A stretch of 64,000 nt of DNA from an uncultured Solirubrobacterales bacterium (GCA_963763985.1 CAVXQO010000025.1:15660-79659); one strand, 5' to 3'; shown: positions 10,606 through 22,326, numbered from the stretch's first letter. Translations and numbers: made by a program. The notes: a model not told the origin generated them from the letters alone.

Positions 10606-11400
10606 GTGGCATCCCACGAGACGGTCGACCTGACCAGGGACGGGCCCGCGGCCCGGATCCTGCTCAACCGCCCCGACGCCCTGAACGCCTGGAACGAGCA
10701 GTTCGGCCGGGACCTGCTCGACGCGGTGAGCACCGTGGCCGCCGACGAGTCGATTCGCGCCGTGCTGATCACCGGCGCCGGCCGTGGCTTCTCCTCGGGG
10801 GCGGACCTGAAGGAGCAGCGCGGTGGAGATGAGGGCGGTCTGCCCGACCTGAGCGCCCGCCTCAAGGAGATCTACCACCCGGTCATCACCGCGCTGCGCG
10901 AGATGCCGAAGCCGGTCGTCGCCGCCGTCAACGGCCCGGCGGTCGGGATCGGCTGCTCGCTCGCCCTCGCCGCCGACCTGATCGTCGCGGCCGACTCCGC
11001 CTACTTCCTGCTCGCCTTCGTCAACATCGGCCTGGTGCCGGACGGCGGGTCGACCGCCTTCCTCCCCGCCCGCGTGGGCTACGCCCGCGCCGCGGAGATG
11101 GCGATGCTCGGCGAGCGCGTCCCGGCCCAGCAGGCGCTCGACTGGGGCCTGATCAACCAGGTCGTCGCCGACGACGAGCTCGAGCCGGTCTCCACCGCGC
11201 TGCTGGAGCGCCTCGCCAACGGCCCGACGCGCTCCTACGCCGGCGCCAAGCACCTGCTCAACCGCCGCATGTACGCGGACCTCGCCGGCCAGCTCGATGC
11301 CGAGGCCGAGGCCCAGCGCGACCAGGGACACAGCAAGGACTTCGTCGAGGGCGTGATCGCCTTCGTCGAGAAGCGCCCGCCGAACTTCACCGGCGGTTAG
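10606..11400 (+). CDS. Enoyl-CoA hydratase/isomerase (crotonase family)
   Basis: Intact 264-aa ORF with ITGAGRGFSSGADL and AAVNGPAVGIGCSLALAADL. Confidence 0.9.
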   Translation: MASHETVDLTRDGPAARILLNRPDALNAWNEQFGRDLLDAVSTVAADESIRAVLITGAGRGFSSGADLKEQRGGDEGGLPDLSARLKEIYHPVITALREMPKPVVAAVNGPAVGIGCSLALAADLIVAADSAYFLLAFVNIGLVPDGGSTAFLPARVGYARAAEMAMLGERVPAQQALDWGLINQVVADDELEPVSTALLERLANGPTRSYAGAKHLLNRRMYADLAGQLDAEAEAQRDQGHSKDFVEGVIAFVEKRPPNFTGG

Positions 11401-11421
11401 CGCGATCCTAACCTGGCGGAG

Positions 11422-12799
11422 GTGCTCTTCCGTCAGATCCTGCATGAGGACCTGAGCTGCGCCTCGTACCTGGTCGGTGACACCGACTCCGGCGTCGCCG
11501 CGGTCATCGACCCGCAGTGGTCGATCGAGCCCTACCTGCGGCTGAGCCGCCTGCACGGCGTCCGGATCGAGCACGTCCTGGAGACCCACAATCACGCCGA
11601 CCACGTCTCGGGCCACGGCAGGCTGGCGCGGGCCACGGGGGCGACGATCCACATCCACGAGCTCGCCGACGCCGAGTACCCGCACGAGTCGTTCGTGGCC
11701 GGCTGGCGCCTCGCCCTCGGCGGGGTCGAGATCGAGGCGATCCATACGCCGGGACACCGGCCCGAGCACACCTCCTTCCTGCTCCGCGACGCCGACCGCG
11801 GCGGCGACCCCTGGGCGGTGCTGACCGGCGATTCGCTCTTCGTCGGCGACGTCGCGCGGCCGGATCTGGCATCGAGCCCCGCGAGGGCGCGGCCGAGATC
11901 TTCCAGTCGCTCCACGAGCGCCTGATGTCCCTCCCCGACGACGTCGAGGTCTGGCCCGGGCACCTGGGCGGCTCGGCCTGCGGCAGCTCCGGGATCGACC
12001 ACAAGTCGACCTCGACCATCGGCTTCGAGCGGGAGCACAACCGGGCGCTGGGCTTCGAGACCGAGGGCGACTTCGTCGAGGACGCCGTGGCGACGCTTGG
12101 CGCCCGTCCGCCCAACGTCGAGCACATCGTCGCCCTCAACCGGGGACCCCTGATCGAGGAGATCGGTACGCCGATCCCGCTGGCGCCGCACGCGGTCGAG
12201 GTCGGCATCGCCGAGGGCGCGCTGCTGGTCGACGCCAGGACCAACGAGCAGTTCGACGAGGCCCATGTCCCGGGAGCCATCAGCGCCTCCGCATACGAGA
12301 CGGGGTTCGCCACCAAGGTGGCCAAGAGTGGTCCCTCCCGACGTCGAGCTGATCGTGGTCGCGGCCTCCGACGGGTACGAGCTCGAGGCCGCCGAGCTGC
12401 TCGCCTCCGTCGGCCTCGGCGTCCGCGGATACCTCGAGGGCGGAATGACCGCCTGGCGCTCCGAGGGCCGCCCGGTGCGAACGATCGAGCTGATCGATCC
12501 CGATCAGCTTGCCGAGCGGCTGGAGGGCGGCGACCTCGTGGTCCTCGACGTCCGCGACGACGACGAGTTCGCCGACTTTCACATCCCCGGCTCGATCCAC
12601 CTCCCCTACGGCGAGTTGCCCGGTCGCCAGGGCGAGCTGCCCCGCGACCGGGAGATAGCCGCAATCTGCAGCGGCGGTAAGCGCAGCGGCCTGGCGGCCT
12701 CGATCCTCCAGCGCGAGGGGTTCGACCGCGTCCTGCACGTCGCCGACGGCGGCGTCGGCACCTGGCGCTCCAGCGGGCGCCGGGTGGAGAGCTGGCTGA
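11422..12799 (+). CDS. MBL-fold metallo-hydrolase fused to two rhodanese-like domains (persulfide dioxygenase-sulfurtransferase type); frame broken twice, stop uncertain
   Basis: HNHADH (HxHxDH) and HTPGHRPEH, then rhodanese segments (DARTNEQFDEAHVPGAI; DVRDDDEFADFHIPGSIHLP; CSGGKRS loop). The pieces lie in three ORF-track frames. Confidence 0.8.
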
Positions 12800-12805
12800 G
12801 TCGGC

Positions 12806-14244
12806 CTACTTCTTCTTCTTCCGCTCTTCACCTTCTCGCCGCCCGACTGCTTCAGGAACGGGATCAGCCGCTTGAAGAACGCGTTCACCTTGGGCTGAGC
12901 GCTGTTCGGGTCGTTGTGCGCGTAGGTGGCTGCCGGTTGACGAGCTTCAGGTTCCGGCGGGGGATGTGCGCCGTCAGCGGCCAACGTCTTCGCCGCCGTC
13001 AGGACGTTCGGCCCTCCGAGTGCCGCCCCGAAGGCGTAGATCCGGAGCCGCTTGGGCAGCTTCGCCGCGTCGGTCGAATGCACGTCCAGGACCGACTGCG
13101 CAGGGTTCGCAACCCCGTCGCCGACCGCGCCCGAGTCGATCGACAGCCGGAGCGGGTGATACCAGGCTGTGCCGTCCAGGTTCTGCAGGCCCCAGCCCGA
13201 GAACATGTCCGCCCAGCGCTGGATCGGGGTGATCGCACCGGCGCGCTCCCAGCCGCGCGGGTCGCCGCTCGCGGCCAGGTGCCCTGAGTGGACCTGGGCG
13301 GCACGCAGGTTGGGCGGCGAGGTGGCGGCGTCGGTCGAGTAGCCGAATCCAGCTTCGTTGGTCGCGTTGACCCCGGGCGGAGGTTGGAGGTTGGTGGGCA
13401 GCAGCGGCCAGCCGGTGAACACCGAGAGGCTGTTGGGCGCCGCCTTCGCACCCGCGGACCCGACCATCCCGAATAGCCCGGCGAGCGGAGCCGGGATGCC
13501 GCCGAAGCTGAGCCACGGCGACGAGGTCTGCAGGTCGTTCAGCGAAGTCTGCGCCTGGTCCGCGCTGACCGGGATCGGGCTGCTGGCGCCGTCAATCAGG
13601 ACGAGACCCGAGAGGTCACGACCGCCTGGGCGCCCGTTGAAGTCCCAGGTGGCATAGGCGGTCGTGATCGAGCCGCCCAGCGAGTGGCCGCCCATGGCGA
13701 CGTTCCGGCCCTTCCTCCCGGCTGCCTTCACCACCTTGCGGAGATCGCTGATCTCGGTGTTCATCCCCCACTGCCGCGCGAACGGCACCTGCGAGTCCTG
13801 CACCGGGTGGAGGTGGTTGGTGATGCTGGGGTTGCTGAGGTAGCCCAGGTAGTAGTTGAAGAGGTCGGTGGCGCTCGCCTTGCCCTGCTTGAGGAGGTTG
13901 AGCTCGGACTCGTCCTCGAGGAAGTTCTCGCGGCGCTCCACGGCCCAGACCTGCCAGTTCGGGAGCATCTTCACGATCGACTTCGCGAGCGGCTCGAAGT
14001 AGGCCGCGCTCGCCGAGGTCCCGGGGTTGAGAACGAGGACGTTCTTCGCCTTCGGGTCTCCCGTCTTCAGGGCCCCGACCACGTTCAGGTTCGCCGGTGT
14101 TCCAGGTGATTGGTACCCCTGCATGACCTTGAACCGGACCTTGGGCGGCTTCGCGCTCGCCGCCGGGACGAGGCTCATCCAAAGCGCTCCGGCCCCGATC
14201 GCGACCAGGGCGAGCCGGAAAGGCATCCTCTGCCGAATCTTCAT
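12806..14244 (-). CDS. Secreted alpha/beta hydrolase (lipase/esterase-like)
   Basis: Signal peptide MKIRQRMPFRLALVAIGAGALWMSLVPAASA and a GHSLGG nucleophile elbow. The listed ORF continues antisense into the rhodanese gene, so the true stop (12806 or 12828) is uncertain. Confidence 0.75.
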
Positions 14245-14376
14245 TCCTCTCTCCTCTTCTCTCGCCCCTCACCCTTACTGATACACGCAACACAGAATGT
14301 ATCGACAAGTCTCGGTCCGCGCCGGAGCCTGCGAGGATCCGCAACTTCCCGGCAGGGAATTTGTTCTCAGCGACCC

Positions 14377-15575
14377 ATGAAGCGAACCGCCCTTCTCGCG
14401 ATCCTGATCGGACTGCTCGCCGGCCTCGTCATCGCCCCGAGCGCGTTCGGCATCAAGGCGGGCTTCAACGTCGCGACCAAGCGGCTCGAGGCGGCCTACA
14501 AGATCGCCCTGTTCGAGCGCCGCTTCAGCTCGGACGGCTGCTATCCGGCACCGCCGCAGCTCGCCAAGGCGATCCACCAGTCCAGCCACCGCAAGGTGGG
14601 CGTCGCCCCGAACACCAAGCACCTCGCCCACCTGAACCAGGTCTACGTCCTCAAGCAGGGCACGACCTGCGAGCACCTCCGGATGGCGCTGCGCGCGACC
14701 GGGGGCATCTTCGTGCTCGACTCGAAGCAGGGAACGGTCCGCCTCCAGGGGCACAAGGGCGCGGCCACGCCGGGGCTTGCCCGGCCGCTCACCAACCTCA
14801 GGCTCGCCGAGCAGGACTTTCAACGTCAGCAAGCCCGACACGGCTCCTCGCCTGCAGACCATCTGTCCCGGGGGGAAGTTCCCGGTCGGCGGCGGCATGA
14901 CCGTCAGCTCCGCCGACGGACCCGGACGGAGCGGGCATCTACCCGCATTCCTACGAGCGCCTCGGCGCCCAGCGGGGCTGGCACATCAGCGTCGTCGACC
15001 TCGACCCGAGCCCTGGCAGCACGATCCCTCGAAGCGTCACCGTTCAGGTCATGTGCGGGTTCGGCGTGATCCCGGCCACTCCGACGCCGCACCGGACGGT
15101 CTACCTGCGCCCCGGCGAGACCAAGACGGTCACCGCGCGCTGCCCGAAGGGCCAGTTCCTCGTCTCGGGCGGCTTCCAGCGCACCGACTTCCGCAGCGAC
15201 GGCGGCGACTACGTCACCGAGTCCCATGCCTCCGGCCCCAAGGCCTGGGTGGTGAGCGGGCACGCGTACGGGACCGGCTCGGGCGAGCTGACCGCGATCG
15301 CCTACTGCGCCAGGATGAAGAAGCCGATCCTCACGGAGGTCGCCTCCTCTCCCGCTCCCGTGGCGGCGAGCGGATCCGCGACGACGACCACGCCGGCCTG
15401 CCCGGCGGGCAAGCGGCTGATCGCCGGCGGGTTCAGCACGAATGGGTCGACCAACGCGCTGTTCGCGGCCGGCACGTTCAACCCGGATGGCACCTGGTCG
15501 GCCAACGCGTACGGGTTCTTCGGCGCGGCCCCGCAGCTGACCGCGTACGGCTACTGCCTGCCGGCGAAGGCCTAA
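14377..15575 (+). CDS. Secreted hypothetical protein with three Cys-framed repeats; frame broken twice
   Basis: Signal peptide MKRTALLAILIGLLAGLVIAPSAFG. The repeats are ICPGGKFPVGGG..VQVMC, RCPKGQFLVSGGF..IAYC and ACPAGKRLIAGGF..YGYC. Confidence 0.6.
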
Positions 15576-17709
15576 GCCTCCGTCGGAAGCTCCTCCCCGT
15601 GTCCGAAGCGGACGTCGGGGAGCACCCGGTCGGCCCAGCGCGGGAGGTACCAGGCCCACGGGCCGAGCAGCCTGAGCAGGACGGGCATCAGCAGCAGCCG
15701 GATCAGCATCGCGTCGAGCAGCACGGCGATCCCGAGGATCAGCCCCATCTCCTTCGGCGGCAGCGGCCCGGAGAGCGCGAAGGTGAAGAAGACCGCGACC
15801 ATCACCGCGCCGGCGGCGAAGATCACGCGCCCGGAATGCGCCAGCCCGCCGACCATCGCCTCCTTGGCGTCATGGGTGCGGTCCCAGTGCTCCCTCGCCG
15901 AGGAGAGCAGGAAGACCGTGTAGTCCATCGAGATCGCGAAGATCATCGCGAAGAAGAAGACCGGCCCCCAGGCGTCGAGGAAGCCCTGCGGCTCGAAGCC
16001 GAGCAGGGAGTGAAGCGCGCCGTCCTGGAAGATCCACTTCGCCACCCCGAACGCGGCACCGGTGGCGAGCAGGTTGGTGACCACGCCGGCGGCCGCGATC
16101 AGCGGCGCCTGCAGCGCGAACAGCAGCAGCACGAAGCCGAGGCCGAGCACCACGCCGATCACGAGCGGCGTCTTGGCGGAGAGCGCCGCCTGCAGGTCGT
16201 GGTTCTCGGCGACGGCCCCGCCGACCAGGGTCCCCGCCGGCAGGTCGGACCGCAGCCGGTCGATCGTGCTGCCCGACGGCCGGGTTGGAGGGGTCCTGCC
16301 TCGGGATCGCCTGGAGCAGCGCCAGGTTGCCGCCGATCGCTGCGGCGGGCATGACCTGGGCGATGCCCGGATCGCTGCGCGAGCCGACGCCGACGACGGC
16401 ACGCGCGTCGGCCGCCGGAGCGACGAGCTGCAGCGGCCCGGTCGCGCCCGGGCCGAGCGCCGCCTGCACCTGCTGGTAGCCGACGCGGGAGGAGTCGCCC
16501 GAGGGGACGACCTTGATCGACGGCATCGCGGTGTCGAGCTGGGTGACCGGCACGACGAGCACGACGAGGACCGCCAAGGGCGGGGACCCCGTAGCGGAAG
16601 CGGGTGCCGCCAGAGCCGCTCGCCCCAGGCCGCGAAGCGAGGCGAGCGATGCTCGCCGGAGTGGACCCAGGGCAGCGAGAGCTTGTCGACCCTGGGGCCG
16701 AGCTTGGCGAGCACGGCCGGCAGCAGGGTGAGCGTCGCCGCGAGCACGAAGAGGACGGCCAGCATGATCCCGAGGCTCATCGAGCGGAACGCCGGGCTCG
16801 GCACGAGCATCACCGCGCTCAGCGAGATCAGCACCGTGAGCCCGGAGAAGAGCACGGCCTTGCCGGCCGTGTCCATCGTCTGCGCGACCGCCTCCTCCGG
16901 CGGCAGCTTCGGAGCCGAAGAAGGCGCCGCGGAACCGATGGACGATGAACAGCGCGTAGTCGATGCCGAGCGCCAGCGCGAACATCAGCGCGAAGTTCAT
17001 CGCCCAGATCGAGACCGGCATGACCTGGGTGCCGAGGTAGAGCGAGCCGGCGGCGGCGAGCAGGCCGACCATCGTCAGCATCAGCGGCAGGCCGGCGGCG
17101 ACCAGGGAGCCGAAGGCGACCAGCATGATCGCCAGGGTCACGGGCCAGGAGATGACCTCGGAGCGCAGCATCGCGCTCTTGTTCGCGGCGTTGAAGTCGG
17201 ACCACATCCCGGCGGCGCCCGTCAGGTGAACCTGGACGCCGTCCCGGCCGAGGGCGCTCGAGCGGGCCCTTCAGGTCGTCGGCGGCGCGGACCATCGCGT
17301 TGGCGTCGCGGGCCGCGCCGGCCTGCACGATCGCGGTGTGGCCGTCGGGCGAGATCGAGACGCCCGGCCGGGGCGGGACGACGGCGCGGACGGCCGGATC
17401 GGCGCGCAGCGTGCGCTCGACGGCGGCGACCGCCGAGCGAAGGCGGGATCGCCGACGGTCTGCGTCGGCGAGTGGACGACGACCATCAGCCCGTAGCTGG
17501 AGAGGCCCGTGGAAGTTGCGGTCGATCAGCTGGCGCGCCTGCACCGACTGCGAGCCGCTCGTCTCCCAGCCGGCGCCTGAGAGGGCCGTCTCGACCCTCG
17601 GCGCGAGGAAGCCGAGCCCGAGCGCGACACCGCCCAGCCGATCAGCACGACCCGGAAGTGGGTCGCCGTGTAGCGGCCGAGCCTGCCGATGGGCCCGACC
17701 TGACGTCAT
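15572..17709 (-). CDS. MMPL/RND-superfamily membrane transporter; frame broken at least 4 times
   Basis: Collinear pieces lie in ORFs 16828..17886, 15870..17207 and 15572..16876. Examples: LPLMLTMVGLLAAAGSLYLG, GIDYALFIVHRFR, FAISMDYTVFLLSSAREH. Confidence 0.8.
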
Positions 17710-17950
17710 CTGACGCTCGTCGGTCGGATAGACGACCGAGCGCAGGCCGCAGGCCCGCTTGAGGATCAGCGAGGCCGGGCAGGCGCCGACGATGACGTAG
17801 AGCCACTGGTTGACGCCGACGAACGCGGTCAGCAGCAGGAACCACGGCGAGACGAGCGCGGCCAGGGCGACGCTCGACCAGGTCACGGTGCCGGCGAGCG
17901 CGAACAGGACGCGCTCGAGCGGCCAGCGCGGCGTGGGTCGGACGGTACAT
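17706..17950 (-). CDS. DUF2892 (YgaP-like) small membrane protein; ends approximate
   Basis: WPLERVLFALAGTVTWSSVALAALVSPWFLLLTAFVGVNQWLYVIVGACPASLILKRACGL. Confidence 0.55.
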
Positions 17951-17952
17951 CG

Positions 17953-18309
17953 TCAGCTGCCTCCCTCGAGCAGCGCGCCGAGCTCGTCGACCTGCGCGGC
18001 GCAGCCCGCCGCAGACCTCGTCGCAGAGCGAGAAGACGACCGGATCGGCGATCGAGTAGACGGAGAAGTTGCCCTCCTTGCGGCGGCTCGACGATCCCGG
18101 CGCGCAGCAGGACGCCGAGATGCTGGGAGACGTTCTGCTGGGAGGCGCCGGTGGCCTCCTGGAGGTCGCGGACGGTCGTCTCGCCCTCGCGCAGCGCGTC
18201 GAGCAGCCTGATCCGCATCGGCTCCCCGAGCACGCGGAAGCGCTCGGCGATCCGCTCCACCAGCGGGGCGGGAAGCGGATGCGGAGATCTGGCGGCCGTC
18301 GGTGCTCAT
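17953..18309 (-). CDS. ArsR/SmtB-family transcriptional regulator; frame broken 3 times
   Basis: ERIAERFRVLGEPMRIRLLDAL..TVRDLQEATGASQQNVSQHLGVLLRAGIV, then SRRKEGNFSVYSIA in another frame. The start and stop codons share one frame. Confidence 0.75.
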   Translation of the reverse strand: MSTDGRQISASASRPAGGADRRALPRARGADADQAARRAARGRDDRPRPPGGHRRLPAERLPASRRPAARRDRRAAARRATSPSTRSPIRSSSRSATRSAAGCAAQVDELGALLEGGS

Positions 18310-18359
18310 GGCCGAGAACAGTAGCACAAGTAAACAGTTGTGTGCTAGTGTAGTTGTCG

Positions 18360-18776
18360 ATGACCATGACGGCAACAACACGACCGCGTCGGCAAGCTCA
18401 GGCACGAGGTCGACGTCAACGGGCGGCACACGATCGTCACCGACGAGCCCCTCGGGCTCGGCGGCACCGATGAGGGCCCGGCTCCCCACGAGCTCCTCCC
18501 CGCCGCCCTCGCCTCCTGCATCGCGACGATGGTCGCCATGTACGCGGAGCGCCACGATTGGGAAATCGGCGACGCATTCGTCGACGTCGAGTACGACTCC
18601 GAATCCGAGCCGCGCCGATTCGAGATCGAGGTCCACCTGCCTGCCGAGCTCTCGGACGAGCAGGTCCGGAGGCTCGAGCGAGTCGCCGAGACCTGCCCCT
18701 CCGTCGGGCCCTCGAGACCGGCTTCGAGTTCGAGGAGCGCACCGTCTCCTCGCCGCACGGCGTGAGCGCTGCTTAG
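18360..18776 (+). CDS. OsmC-family peroxiredoxin-like protein; frame broken twice
   Basis: NGRHTIVTDEPLGLGGTDEGPAPHELLPAALASCIATMVAMYA..RLERVAETCP, then LRRALETGFEFEE in the next frame. Confidence 0.7.
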
Positions 18777-18780
18777 CGGT

Positions 18781-19994
18781 CTAGTACCCGGCCGGGTGGC
18801 GCGCGACGAAGCTGGAGGTGTCGTCGCGCATCACGGTGCTCCAGCGCGGGCCGTTGCCGCCGCCGGGACCGCCGGTGTCGAAGCGCAGGCCGGCGATGTA
18901 CGCCCAGGCGTGGCCGCTGTTCGCGAAGACGGTGATCCAGTTGCCGCCGCCGGGCTCGCCCCAGACCTCGAGGCCGGTCGAGTCGAGCGGGCTGGAGAGG
19001 AAGCCGCCGCCGTGCAGCGCGAAGCTGACCGATCCCGAGCAGTCGTAGCCGCTGGAGGTGAAGGAGCCGTGGCCCCCTCCCCATATGTAGGGGAGGTCGT
19101 CGATCTGGTTGGCCGCCTCGATCACGGCGCGCACGGCGAGCGGCGCGTTCGACGGCGGGATCGCGTCGCCGCTCGAGTCGAGCGTCGCCCGGCCGGCCGG
19201 CGCCGGGATGTTGCGAGAGATCGGTCTGGATCTGCTGCTCCTTGCTGAGCAGCGCGTTGAGGACGCCCTCCCGCGCGTTCCGCGCGGCGACCAGCTGGGA
19301 CTGCTGCTGCTGGATCTGCGCGTGCTGGCTGGCGATCTGCCGCTCCTTGGCGGCGACCTGGTCGCGGGCGGCCTGGATGCGGTCGTGGGTCGCCTGCAGC
19401 TGAGTGACCAGGGCCGTGATCTGATCGCGCAGGCCGCGAACGCGGGCGACGACCTCGTCGTCGTAGTTCTGGATGTGGTCGAGGTACTCGGTCCGGGTCA
19501 GCAGGTCCGACCAGTTCGCCGAGCGCATGACCACGGCGGTCACGTCGGGATCGTTCGACTTGTACATGTCGACCAGCAGCTGCTCGAGCGCGCCGACCGC
19601 CGCCTGCAGCTTCGCCCGCACCCTCGCCAGCTCAGCCTTCTCGGCATTGAGCTCGGCGGTTGCCTTGTCGAGCTCGGCCTGCTTCGCCGCCAGCTCGTGC
19701 TCGGCCGCCGCCTGCTCCTGTCGCAGCTGGGACTCCCGCCCGATCAGCTGGTCGACCTGCGCGTTCATGCTGTCGATCTGCGAGCGCAGCGGGCCCTCGT
19801 TGGACTGGATCCGGCTGAGCTCGTCCTGCTTCTGGGCGATCTTGGAGGCCGGGTCGCCGATCGCGCTCTGGCCGATCAGCGGAGCCGATCACGAGCGTGA
19901 CCAGCACCATCAGCGCCAGCACGGCGGCGCGCCCGCGGCGGGTGGAACGCCCTCTGTTCTCGAATTCGTGGAGTCGGCATCGGCAAGCGCGCAC
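18781..19994 (-). CDS. RipA-like cell-wall hydrolase: N-terminal anchor, long coiled coil, C-terminal NlpC/P60 domain; frame broken at least twice
   Basis: The C-terminus has LPYIWGGGHGSF..GYDCSGSVSFAL (catalytic Cys). The middle is heptad-rich (QLRQEQAAAEHELAAKQAELDKATAEL..). The N-terminus has AAVLALMVLVTLVIGSA. Confidence 0.75.
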
Positions 19995-20123
19995 GCGGAG
20001 CGACGCCGCCCGCGGCAGTTCGGCCAGGCTAGAGCTTCGCCGCCGAAATGTCAGCAGTTGCTAACAGGCGTGCAAGATCGCTTGCGGATCGCATACCCAG
20101 AAGCAACCAGGCGGGATGGCCGC

Positions 20124-21174
20124 TCAGGCGACGGCCGCGACCGGGATCTGGCTCATGAACGAGTCGAGCACGCGAGGATCGAAGTGGGAGCCGCGGCCCT
20201 CGGCCATGACCGCGGCGGCCGCGCTCATCGACATCGCCTTGCGGTATGGGCGGTCTCTGGTGAGCGCATCGAAGACGTCCGCGACGGCGGCGATCCGGCC
20301 CTCCTCCGGGATCGCCTCCCCGCTCAAGCCGCGGGGATATCCGCTTCCGTCGAACTTCTCATGGTGGGTCCAGGCGATGGACTCGGCCAGCTGCATCAGC
20401 GGGGACTCGGACCCCTGCAGGATCTTGCGCCCGATCTCGGCATGGGTTTGCATCTGCTCGCGCTCCTCCGCGGTCAGTGGCCCGGCCTTCAGGAGGATGT
20501 GATCAGGGACGGCGATCTTGCCGATGTCGTGCATCTGCGCCGCGAGGGCGATCGAGTCGCAGACCTCATCGGGGAGCTCCAGGCTGCTGGGCGATCTCCT
20601 CGCAATACGCGCCCATCCGCGAGAGGTGATGCCCGGTGACCTGGTCGCGCATCTCGACCGCGAAGCTGAGCTTGTGGACCGTCTCGAGGCGGGATTTCTC
20701 CAGGGATGCCTCCGAGTTCCGCAGGAGCTGGCGAACCCGCTCGGTCTCGAGGCTCAGGGCGATCACTCCTGTTCGAGCTGGCGCTCGTGCGCGCGCGCCT
20801 GGAGCTCCAGCTGCCTGCGACGCAGGGCGTTGCTCACAGTGATCAGCAGGTCGCCGCTGCGATACGGCTTGATCAGGTAGCCGTAGACGCCCATCTCGAA
20901 GGCTCGCTCGACCAGGGCCTGGTCGTCGGCGACGGTGACCATCACGACGGCGATCGTCTCCTCCCGCGACAGCACGGTCTCGACGAGGTCCATGCCGCTC
21001 TCTCCCGGCATGTAGTGATCGCAGAGCAGCAGGTCGACCATCCCGCCGATCAGCTTTCCGCGGGCCTCGTGCGCGTCGGCGGCGAGGTCCACCTCGTAGT
21101 GCGGACTCGAGGATCCGGGCGGCCTGGGTGCGCGCCACCGCGTCATCCTCGACGATGAGAATGCTCGGCTTCAT
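20124..21174 (-). CDS. Response regulator with HD-GYP phosphodiesterase output domain (RpfG-like); frame broken 3 times
   Basis: REC domain: MKPSILIVEDD, LLLCDHYMPGESG, YGYLIKP. HD-GYP domain: MHDIGKIAVP, HHEKFDGSGYPRGL. Confidence 0.8.
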
Positions 21175-21353
21175 CTCCCAGCCCGTCTGCCAGATCGCGC
21201 ATCTTCTTCCTCCCGCGGGTCGAACAAACCCCCCGGCAAAGCCGCGCTTCCACAGTAGAGAGGTCCCCGCGATTAATCAATATTTGGTAGTGGTACGTCT
21301 GTCTACGCCGCGCGGGCGGGATGTCCTGCCCGCCCGGGATCTACGATCGTCGG

Positions 21354-22308
21354 ATGCCCGAGGAGTTCTGCGACGTCGGACGGGGCGTGACCCTCTGCTA
21401 CGAGGCCTTCGGGGACCCCGACGACACCCCGATCCTTCTGATCATGGGCCTGGCGACGCAGATGATCGCCTGGCACGAGGACTTCTGCGAGCAGCTGGCC
21501 GAGCGCGGCTTCTACGTCGTTCGCTTCGACAACCGCGACATCGGCCGCTCGACCCATTTCGACTTCCGCCCCCCGACGCTGGGCCAGATGATGCGTCGGC
21601 GGGTCGGCCCCGAGCAGTACACGCTCTCGGATATGGCCGAGGACGCGGCCGGCCTGCTCCGCGAGCTGGATATCGCCCCCGCCCACATCGTGGGCGCCTC
21701 GATGGGCGGCATGATCGGCCAGATGCTCGCCGCCGAGCATCCCGAGGTGGTCCGCTCGCTGACCTCGATCATGTCGACGACCGGCAGCCGCTGGCACGGC
21801 CAGCCCGCGCTCTCGGTCTACCGCTACCTGCTCCGCCCCCCTCCGCGCGACCGCGATGGCTACATCGAGCGCTCGGCGGAGGTATTCGGGCTGGTCGGAT
21901 CGACCGGCTTCCCACGCGACGAGCAGTACATCCGCGAGCGCGCCGCGAAGCAGCTTCGACCGCGGCTTCGACGTACGGGCCGGCGGGCGGCAACTCGGCG
22001 CGATCGTCGCCTCGGGCGACCGCACCAGGAAGCTCGGCAGGATCGAGGCCCCGACACTGGTGATCCACGGCACCGTCGACAAGATGGTCAGGCCGTCGGG
22101 CGGAAAGGCGACCGCGAGGGCGATCCCCGGTGCCCGGCTGATGATGATCGAGGGGATGGGACACGACCTGCCCCGCGGCGTCTGGGCCCAGATCATCGAC
22201 GCGGTCGCCGAGCACGCCAGGGCCAGCGACTACAAGGCCACTCCACCTCGGAGCGAAGGGCGAAGCCCGAAGCGACTTGTGAAGGGTGGCCGCAGTAGTC
22301 GCGCCTGA
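21354..22308 (+). CDS. Alpha/beta hydrolase; frame broken once near 21960
   Basis: ILLIMGLATQMIAW, GASMGGMIGQ (GxSxG), TLVIHGTVDKMV, MGHDLP. Confidence 0.8.
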
Positions 22309-22326
22309 TGGCGAAGCCGTCCCGGC

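Noticed and set aside
9535-11769. 744-aa minus-strand ORF, the second longest in the window
   Set aside because: Most of it is antisense to the well-supported crotonase and MBL-rhodanese genes and has the Arg/Gly/Pro-rich composition typical of spurious ORFs in high-G+C DNA. Only its 3' part (about 9700-10580) carries real esterase segments.
16062-17762. 566-aa plus-strand ORF, along with similar long ORFs at 865..1881(-), 2436..3377(+), 3185..4357(-), 6528..7772(-), 49463..51223(-) and 62835..63869(+)
   Set aside because: All are antisense or out-of-frame shadows of genes with clear family motifs. They are low-complexity R/A/G/P-rich translations with no recognisable domains.
19995-20123. 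ydaO/cyclic-di-AMP riboswitch upstream of the NlpC/P60 hydrolase, a common association in Actinobacteria
   Set aside because: The 130-nt leader lacks the conserved ydaO core segments that I could recall (for example an ACGGGGA-type motif and AGCUAACC).
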